A stretch of DNA of 64,000 nucleotides from an uncultured bacterium (GTDB lineage: Bacteria; Krumholzibacteriota; Krumholzibacteriia; Krumholzibacteriales; Krumholzibacteriaceae): the NCBI GenBank assembly GCA_963813815.1, contig CAWFAD010000016.1:352001-416000 (forward strand), in the 5' to 3' direction. This document shows, one piece after another, positions 57,734 through 64,000 of the stretch (its first letter is position 1; each line of letters begins with the position of its first letter). The notes beneath the pieces are model-generated. The model saw nothing but the letters and a program-made list of their open reading frames with translations, did not search any database and was not told the DNA's origin. A program made the position numbers and the translations under genes.

Positions 57734-59410
57734 ATGAACATCCTCGTCGGGGGCGAGGCCGGTCAGGGACTCGCGACCGTCGGCCAGCTTCTCTCCCGGG
57801 CGCTCGTTCGAAGCGGCTATTCGATCGTCGTCACCCAGAGCTACGAATCGCGCATCAGGGGCGGACACAACACGTTCGCCGTGCGGGTCGCCGCGGGCGT
57901 GGTCGAGGCGCCGTCGGAGACGGTCGATGTCCTCGTCGCGCTCGACGACGCGACGGTTCTCCGCCACATGCCCGAGCTCGCCGCCGGAGGGCTCGTCGTC
58001 GCCGACGAATCTTTCTGCGACGCGGACGAGCGGTGTCTCCGCGTTCCCTTCGACGCGTTGGCCCCCAAACAGCACGAAAACACCGCCGCGCTCGGCGTGG
58101 CGTGCGCGGTGCTCGGCCTCGACCGGGAGGCCGCCGCGGGAGTTCTCGACGAGTCGTTCGGCGCGAAGCATCCCGAGGCCGCGGGGGAAAACCGCCGCGC
58201 GTTCGAGAAGGCGTTCGACTGGTGCGCCGCCGTTCCCACGGCGCGGCGGCCGCTGCCGCCCGCGGCCCGCGGCCCGCGCCGCCTCGTTCTGAGCGGGAAC
58301 GAGGCGATCGCCCTCGGGGCAGTTTCGGCCGGGCTCAGGTTCGCGGCGTTCTATCCGATGACCCCCTCCACCACGATTCCGCTCACTCTCATCGGCATGG
58401 CGGAGCGGATGGGGCTCGTCGTCGAGCAGGCTGAGGACGAGATCGCGGCGATCAACATGGCGATCGGCGCCTCCTTCGCCGGCGCCCCCTCGCTCGTCGC
58501 CACGTCCGGAGGCGGTTTCGCTCTCATGGTCGAGGGCGTGAGTCTCGCCGCCATGACCGAAACCCCCGTCGTGATCGTCGTCGGCCAGCGTCCGGGACCC
58601 GCGACGGGGCTTCCGACGAGGACGGAGCAGGCGGATCTCGAGTTCGTGATCCACGCGGGGCACGGAGAGTTTCCGCGGGCCGTGTTCGCTCCGGGCGACG
58701 TCGAAGAGTGCTTTCATCTCACGCGGCGGGCGTTCTTCCTCGCGGAGCGGCACCAGGCCCCCGTTTTCGTTCTCACCGATCAGTTTCTCGCGGACAGCTA
58801 TCGCGCCACGGCGCCGTTCGACGTCGAGACGCTCGATTGGGTGAGACCGGGCTCGGACCCCGCGGCCGCTCCTGATCCGTACCGGCGCCACGCCGTCACG
58901 GAGAGCGGCGTGTCGCCGCGCCTCATCCCGGGCGCGAGGGGCCGGCTCGTCGTGACCGACAGCGACGAGCACACGGAGGACGGGCATCTCACCGAGGATC
59001 TCGGCGTTAGGAAGGGGATGGTTGAAAAGAGGCTCCGCAAGCTCGCGGGGATCCGCGCGGAGACGATCCCTCCCGCGTACGAGGGGAGCGAGCGTCCCGA
59101 GCTTCTGCTCCTCTCATGGGGCTCGACGCTCGGCGCGGTGCGCGAGGCGGCCGCGGCGCTCCGGGAGAAGGGAATGGACGCCGCCACGCTCCATTTCAGC
59201 CAGGTCTGGCCGCTCGTGCCGGAGCATTTCGCCGGCCGTCTCGACAGGGCGGGGCTCGTCGTCTCCGTCGAGGGGAACGCGACCGGTCAGCTCGCGAGGC
59301 TCATCCGGCGCGAGACCGGGTTCGAGGTCGCCGAGCGGGTAGCCCGCTACGACGGTCTCCCGCTGACGCCGGAGTATATCCTGCGCGAGCTCGGCGGAGA
59401 GGAGGCGTGA
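57734..59410 (+). CDS. korA: 2-oxoacid:ferredoxin oxidoreductase alpha (gamma-alpha fusion)
   Basis: GGEAGQG, SRIRGGH, YPMTPS, QAEDEIAA and RPGPATGLPT motifs. Confidence 0.9.
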   Translation: MNILVGGEAGQGLATVGQLLSRALVRSGYSIVVTQSYESRIRGGHNTFAVRVAAGVVEAPSETVDVLVALDDATVLRHMPELAAGGLVVADESFCDADERCLRVPFDALAPKQHENTAALGVACAVLGLDREAAAGVLDESFGAKHPEAAGENRRAFEKAFDWCAAVPTARRPLPPAARGPRRLVLSGNEAIALGAVSAGLRFAAFYPMTPSTTIPLTLIGMAERMGLVVEQAEDEIAAINMAIGASFAGAPSLVATSGGGFALMVEGVSLAAMTETPVVIVVGQRPGPATGLPTRTEQADLEFVIHAGHGEFPRAVFAPGDVEECFHLTRRAFFLAERHQAPVFVLTDQFLADSYRATAPFDVETLDWVRPGSDPAAAPDPYRRHAVTESGVSPRLIPGARGRLVVTDSDEHTEDGHLTEDLGVRKGMVEKRLRKLAGIRAETIPPAYEGSERPELLLLSWGSTLGAVREAAAALREKGMDAATLHFSQVWPLVPEHFAGRLDRAGLVVSVEGNATGQLARLIRRETGFEVAERVARYDGLPLTPEYILRELGGEEA

Positions 59411-60279
59411 TGGCGACGGTCGAGGATTACGGCGAATACGAAACCGCCTGGTGTCCCGGCTGCGGCAATTTTTCGCTCCTCGACGGAGTGAAGCGCGCCC
59501 TCGCCGCCTCGGGGCTCGAGCCGCACCGCGTGCTCTTCGTCTGCGGCATCGGGCAGGCCGCAAAGGCGCCGCACTACCTCGATGCGAACGTTTTCAACGG
59601 GCTCCATGGACGCGCGCTCCCCGCGGCGACGGGCGCGAAGCTCGCGATGACGGATCTCGCCGTGATCGTCGAGAGCGGCGACGGCTGCATATACGGCGAG
59701 GGGGGCAACCATCTTTTGGCCGCGATCCGCCGCAACGTCGACCTCACGGCGATCGTTCACGACAACCAGATCTACGGGCTCACGAAAGGGCAGGCGAGCC
59801 CGACCTCGGATGAGGGCATGAAGACGAAGGCACAGCCCGGGGGAGTGGCGCTCGAGCGCTTCAATCCCGTCGCGGTCGCCGTCGCCATGAAGGCCGGGTT
59901 CGTGGCCCGGAGCTTCACGGGCGCGGTCGGCCATCTGGCCGAAATGATACGCCTCGGCGTCGCGCACCGCGGATTCGCGCTCATCGACGTGCTGCAGCCG
60001 TGCGTCTCGTTCAACCGAGTGAACAGCTTCGCCTGGTACAAGAAGCGCTGCGTCGAGCTCCCCGCCGAATACGATCCCTCCGACTGGACCGTCGCCATGC
60101 GAACCGCGATGGAATGGGGAGACAGGATCCCCATCGGCGTGATATACAGGAACGAGCGGGCGCCCTTCGAAAGCCTCGTTCCGGCGCTCGCGCGGGGGCC
60201 GCTCGCGGGGCGGTCCGTCGATCGGGCCGCGCTCGCGGCCGAGATGAACCGCATCGGAGGAATGCGCGGCGATGATTGA
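59410..60279 (+). CDS. korB: 2-oxoacid:ferredoxin oxidoreductase beta
   Basis: WCPGCGN, LHGRALP, GDG...GGNH and YGLTKGQASPT motifs. Confidence 0.92.
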   Translation: MATVEDYGEYETAWCPGCGNFSLLDGVKRALAASGLEPHRVLFVCGIGQAAKAPHYLDANVFNGLHGRALPAATGAKLAMTDLAVIVESGDGCIYGEGGNHLLAAIRRNVDLTAIVHDNQIYGLTKGQASPTSDEGMKTKAQPGGVALERFNPVAVAVAMKAGFVARSFTGAVGHLAEMIRLGVAHRGFALIDVLQPCVSFNRVNSFAWYKKRCVELPAEYDPSDWTVAMRTAMEWGDRIPIGVIYRNERAPFESLVPALARGPLAGRSVDRAALAAEMNRIGGMRGDD

Positions 60280-61084
60280 CGCCCTTTCGCGTCTCGATCC
60301 CATGACGCAAACGCTCATCGCGACCTCGTTCACGTGGGGGATGACCGCCCTCGGCGCCGCGGCGGTTTTCATTTTAAAAGGGTTCAGCAACAAGGTGCTC
60401 GACATGATGCTCGGCTTCGCGGCCGGCGTCATGATCTCGGCGAGCTTCTGGTCGCTCCTCGCGCCGGCCGTGCGGCTCTGCATGGACCGGTCGCTTCCCT
60501 GCTGGCTCCCGCCCTCGATCGGCTTCGTGCTCGGAGCGGCCGCCCTCCGTCTGATCGATTTTCTGCTTCCGCACCTGCATGGCGGGCTCACGCTGGACAA
60601 GGCGGAGGGGGTTCACACGACCTGGCGGCGGAGCACGCTTCTCATTCTCGCCATCACGCTGCACAACATTCCGGAAGGTCTCGCCATCGGCGTCGTCTTC
60701 GGGGTGGCGGGCTCGGGGCTCGGGTACGCCACGGTCGCCGCGGGCGTCGCGCTCACCATCGGGCTCGGGCTGCAGAACCTCCCCGAGGGTCTCGCCGTGT
60801 CGATGCCGCTCCGGCGCGACGGGATGTCGAGGCGGCGGAGCTTCTGGTACGGCCAGCTCTCCGCGATCGTCGAGCCGATCGCCGGCGTGGCCGGAGTTCT
60901 CGCCGTCTCCGCCTCGCAGGCGCTCATGCCGTACGCTCTCGGTTTCGCGGCCGGAGCCATGATCTACGTCGTGGTGGAGGAAGTCATTCCGGAATCGCAA
61001 ATGGGGAACAATTCGGATATCGCGACCATCGGAACCATCTTCGGATTCGTTCTCATGATGATCCTCGATGTCGCCCTTTCTTAG
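60272..61084 (+). CDS. ZIP family metal transporter (ZupT/GufA)
   Basis: GFAAGVM, ITLHNIPEGLA, QNLPEG and EEVIPE motifs. Confidence 0.92.
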   Translation: MIDALSRLDPMTQTLIATSFTWGMTALGAAAVFILKGFSNKVLDMMLGFAAGVMISASFWSLLAPAVRLCMDRSLPCWLPPSIGFVLGAAALRLIDFLLPHLHGGLTLDKAEGVHTTWRRSTLLILAITLHNIPEGLAIGVVFGVAGSGLGYATVAAGVALTIGLGLQNLPEGLAVSMPLRRDGMSRRRSFWYGQLSAIVEPIAGVAGVLAVSASQALMPYALGFAAGAMIYVVVEEVIPESQMGNNSDIATIGTIFGFVLMMILDVALS

Positions 61085-61131
61085 ACCGCCCAACCGACAT
61101 TTTAACAACCTGTTAACTCGTTTTTTATTAT

Positions 61132-61161
61132 TTGACAAAATGCCTAATTAGGAATTATAAT
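61132..61161 (+). promoter_or_regulatory. Consensus sigma70 promoter
   Basis: TTGACA-N18-TATAAT with palindrome CCTAATTAGG in the spacer. Confidence 0.75.
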
Positions 61162-61233
61162 GATTAAAATCCAATACATGATTGTATATGGTTCTATGAG
61201 ATGTTCACTTCATTTAAACCAAGGAGGTCAATC

Positions 61234-61941
61234 GTGAAGCTATCGGCAATCGGGATGGGGGTACTGGCGGTCGTATTTTTGGCCGCGAGCGCATCGGCCA
61301 TATGTCTCAACTCGCCCAAGGACGGCATCTACACGACGACGAACGGCTCCATGATCGGCGGCCGCTCGTCGGAGGCGTGGTGCAGCGGAGTCGGTCCGGG
61401 CCAGCCCGGCAACACCGAGTCCGCCGCCTCATGGAACGGGTCGACGCTCGGCGGTCAGTGGAAGATCTGGGGAATGGCGATCGATGAGAACGGCGCGGTC
61501 GAGACCGCCCGCTGGTTCGACGCGTACGGCAACGGCTGGATCGATTACACGACGAACTACGTCGGCGGCGAGTTCTGGCTCGACGGCGACCATCTGTGGG
61601 GGACCGGCGCGGGCGATTTCAGCGGCACGGTGACGTACTTCAACGTTTCGGCCCGCGTGAGCTACTTCGGGGGGCAGCCCGTCGGCGTCACCTCGAACAT
61701 TTTCATGAGGGGTTCCTTCGCGGATTGCACGCACTGCGCGATCGAGTACGCGATTTCGAACGCGATGCTCGTCTGGCGGACCGGGTACGCGACGGCCATG
61801 CCGGCGAATTACCCCGCCTTCGAATGCGGCGCCGCCGCGGGCGAGCTTTTCGACGTGTGCTGCGCCACCGCGAAGATCTATTGCCAGCCCGTCGCAACGG
61901 AATCGAGCACGTGGGGGGGAATCAAGGCTCTCTACCGGTAA
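61234..61941 (+). CDS. Secreted protein of unknown function with C-terminal STWGGIKALYR motif
   Basis: AAGGAGG SD + GTG; signal peptide; paralog of 12656-13345. Confidence 0.8.
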   Translation: MKLSAIGMGVLAVVFLAASASAICLNSPKDGIYTTTNGSMIGGRSSEAWCSGVGPGQPGNTESAASWNGSTLGGQWKIWGMAIDENGAVETARWFDAYGNGWIDYTTNYVGGEFWLDGDHLWGTGAGDFSGTVTYFNVSARVSYFGGQPVGVTSNIFMRGSFADCTHCAIEYAISNAMLVWRTGYATAMPANYPAFECGAAAGELFDVCCATAKIYCQPVATESSTWGGIKALYR

Positions 61942-61966
61942 ATCCGGGGGTAGGCCAAGGTGCTGG

Positions 61967-61999
61967 GGGGCCGGCGCGCGTCGCCGGCCCCTTTTTTTT
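61967..61999 (+). terminator. Intrinsic terminator
   Basis: GGGGCCGGCG-N5-CGCCGGCCCC followed by T8. Confidence 0.88.
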
Positions 62000-62160
62000 G
62001 CCTCGGGAAGGCTTGCGCGACGGGGATTCTCGATGACCCCGGAAAAAATCGGTTGTACTCGCCCGGTAACCCTCTATAATTCTCCTGCTTCAAAGCCGAA
62101 AGACGCGGGTTTGGTCCGCCGCGGGTCCCATCCGCGGGAAACCCCGGAGGGAGGTTTTTC

Positions 62161-63525
62161 GTGCGAAGACTTCCGCTTGCCATGACCGCCGTGGCGCTCG
62201 TCGCGCTCGCCGCGATCCCCCCGATCGTCGCGCAGGTGCGCAAGGGCGGCGACGAGGCGCTCGGCCTCTACCGGTACGAGAGCTTCGAGCGTCCGGTCAC
62301 CTGCCGCCAGTGCCACGCCGATATCTACGAGCAATGGGCCCAGTCGATGATGGCGCAGGCGTACACGCATCATTGGGACGAGATAGAGTACTTCGAGCTC
62401 GCCCTGCCCCACGCCGGCAAGGATCCGAAGGTCGCGGGGGTGCGGGAGGGCTGCAACGGCTGCCACGCCCCGGTGTCATTCCTCGCCGGAGACGTGCCGC
62501 CGCCGCGCCCCTCGGCGGGGAGCCGCGCCAACGAGGCGGTGTCGTGCGATCTCTGCCACGTGATCGCGGAACGGACCGGCGACCCGTCGTTCAATTTCAA
62601 CTACGTCGTCGAGCCGGGACGCGTGAAACGCGGGAACCGCGACGGCGTCAAGAGTCCCTACCACGAGACGGTCCGGAACGATTTCACGAGGAGCGCGGAG
62701 TACTGCGGCACCTGCCACAACGAGCAGTCGCCGTACGGCGTATGGGTCAAGGCGACGCAGCTCGAGTGGAAGGAAGGCCCGTACGCGAAAGAGGGCGTTC
62801 CCTGCCACGTGTGCCACATGCCGCGCGCGCCGGGGCGCAGCGCGGTGACCGCGAGGGAGGAGCATCCGGACATCGCGCAGCACCTCTTCCACGGGGCGCA
62901 CGATCCGGGCAAGGTGCGCGGGGCGATCGAGCTCCGCATGCACCCGAGCGATCGGGAGATCGAGCCGGGAGACAGGATCGTCGTCACCGTGCAGGCCTTC
63001 AACGGCAAATGCGGCCACAAGGTGCCCTCGGGCTCCGCGGAGGAGCGCCAGCTGTGGCTCCGCGTGACCGCGGTCGACGCGGCGGGGAACGTGTACCATC
63101 TGCCCGTCGATCGCAAGGGCTTCGAGGGCGAGGCGGCGACGATCACGAGCAACGAGCTCGCCTACCAAGACATGGGGCTCATGATGGACGTTCCGGATTT
63201 TCCGGGGCTTCCGCGCGACTCGCTCCCCGAGGGGGATCGCATCTTCTGCCTGCCGTACTTCGATTCGCAGGGGCGCCGCACGATCGCGCAGTGGAACACC
63301 GCTTCGCAGGGGCCCGATTACCGCATCGGCCCGCGCGAGACGAAGATCGAGACGTACACGTGGACCGTTCCCGAGAGCGCCGCGATCGGAACGATGGTCG
63401 TGCGCGCCGAGATGAGCTACCGGCGCCTCGTGAAGTCGGTGGCGGACTATCTCAAGGTTCCCGCCGACGAAACCGAGATCATACGGGTCAACGACGCGCG
63501 GACGACGTTCGAGGTAGTCGACTGA
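62161..63525 (+). CDS. Periplasmic pentaheme c-type cytochrome
   Basis: Signal peptide; five CxxCH motifs (CRQCH, CNGCH, CDLCH, CGTCH, CHVCH); beta-rich C-terminal domain. Confidence 0.88.
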   Translation: MRRLPLAMTAVALVALAAIPPIVAQVRKGGDEALGLYRYESFERPVTCRQCHADIYEQWAQSMMAQAYTHHWDEIEYFELALPHAGKDPKVAGVREGCNGCHAPVSFLAGDVPPPRPSAGSRANEAVSCDLCHVIAERTGDPSFNFNYVVEPGRVKRGNRDGVKSPYHETVRNDFTRSAEYCGTCHNEQSPYGVWVKATQLEWKEGPYAKEGVPCHVCHMPRAPGRSAVTAREEHPDIAQHLFHGAHDPGKVRGAIELRMHPSDREIEPGDRIVVTVQAFNGKCGHKVPSGSAEERQLWLRVTAVDAAGNVYHLPVDRKGFEGEAATITSNELAYQDMGLMMDVPDFPGLPRDSLPEGDRIFCLPYFDSQGRRTIAQWNTASQGPDYRIGPRETKIETYTWTVPESAAIGTMVVRAEMSYRRLVKSVADYLKVPADETEIIRVNDARTTFEVVD

Positions 63526-63578
63526 TCCGCGGCGCGGGAGGGCGCCGCGGCGCAATCCCGGGAACGAAGGGGGAGACG

Positions 63579-64000
63579 ATGCTGATTCGAATGAACCTCT
63601 GGAAACGGGCGCTCGTCGCCGCCTCCGTCGCGGCGGCGACGATCCCGCTCGCGGCCGGCGAGTGCGGGGCCATCCCCGCGTTCGCCCGCAAGTACCGCAT
63701 GTCGTGCACGACGTGCCATGCGCCCGCGCCTCGTCTCAAGGCGTACGGAGAGGATTTCGCCGGGAACGGCTTCCGCCTCGAGGGGAAGGAGCCGACGCGC
63801 TACTACTTCGAGACCGGAGACAGCCTCCTGACGCTGGCGCGCGATCTCCCGGTCGCGATCCGCGTGGACGCCTACGCGACGTATACGTCCCGGGACGGGG
63901 CCGATCAGGCGGACCTCAAAACTCCGTACGGCATCAAGCTCATGGCCGGCGGAAACGTCGCGAAGAACATCTTCTATTACTTCTATTTCTTCATGTCTGA
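63579..64000 (+). CDS. Cyc2-like monoheme cytochrome-porin (5' part; runs off window)
   Basis: Not in ORF track. Manual translation: MLIRMNLWKRALVAA...AIPAFARKYRMSCTTCHAPAPRLKAYGEDFAGNGF...IFYYFYFFMS. Confidence 0.7.
   Translation, partial: MLIRMNLWKRALVAASVAAATIPLAAGECGAIPAFARKYRMSCTTCHAPAPRLKAYGEDFAGNGFRLEGKEPTRYYFETGDSLLTLARDLPVAIRVDAYATYTSRDGADQADLKTPYGIKLMAGGNVAKNIFYYFYFFMS

Overview
GC-rich, gene-dense bacterial window, probably from an anaerobic diderm. An FlgD-Ig/T9SS-like C-terminal domain and C-terminal 'STWGxIKxLYR' tails suggest Ca. Krumholzibacteriota/Latescibacterota (inference). About 57 CDSs are called. No rRNA, tRNA, CRISPR array or transposase was seen. Main blocks: (i) DDAH, S41 peptidase, GAF-PP2C and D,D-carboxypeptidase; (ii) a putative RRE-radical SAM/SPASM gene coupled to a membrane protein with a Gly-rich, (Cys-Ala)n tail, then TPM and LemA genes, the best candidate for an undescribed protein-modification system; (iii) two paralogous secreted proteins with consensus promoters and a shared C-terminal motif; (iv) a five-repeat pilin-like lipoprotein behind a sigma54-type promoter; (v) a Moco-sulfurase-like gene divergent from a TusA/ArsR/MvhD/HdrA/HdrA/QmoC/DsrE cluster; (vi) a trehalose operon with a sensor-fused OtsA and a structured leader; (vii) a lysine 2,3-aminomutase + two ATP-grasp ligases + GNAT cluster; (viii) a Fur/PerR oxidative-stress and metal island; (ix) a pentaheme cytochrome and a Cyc2-like cytochrome-porin that runs off the right edge. 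All family calls come from reading motifs by eye; no database search was run.
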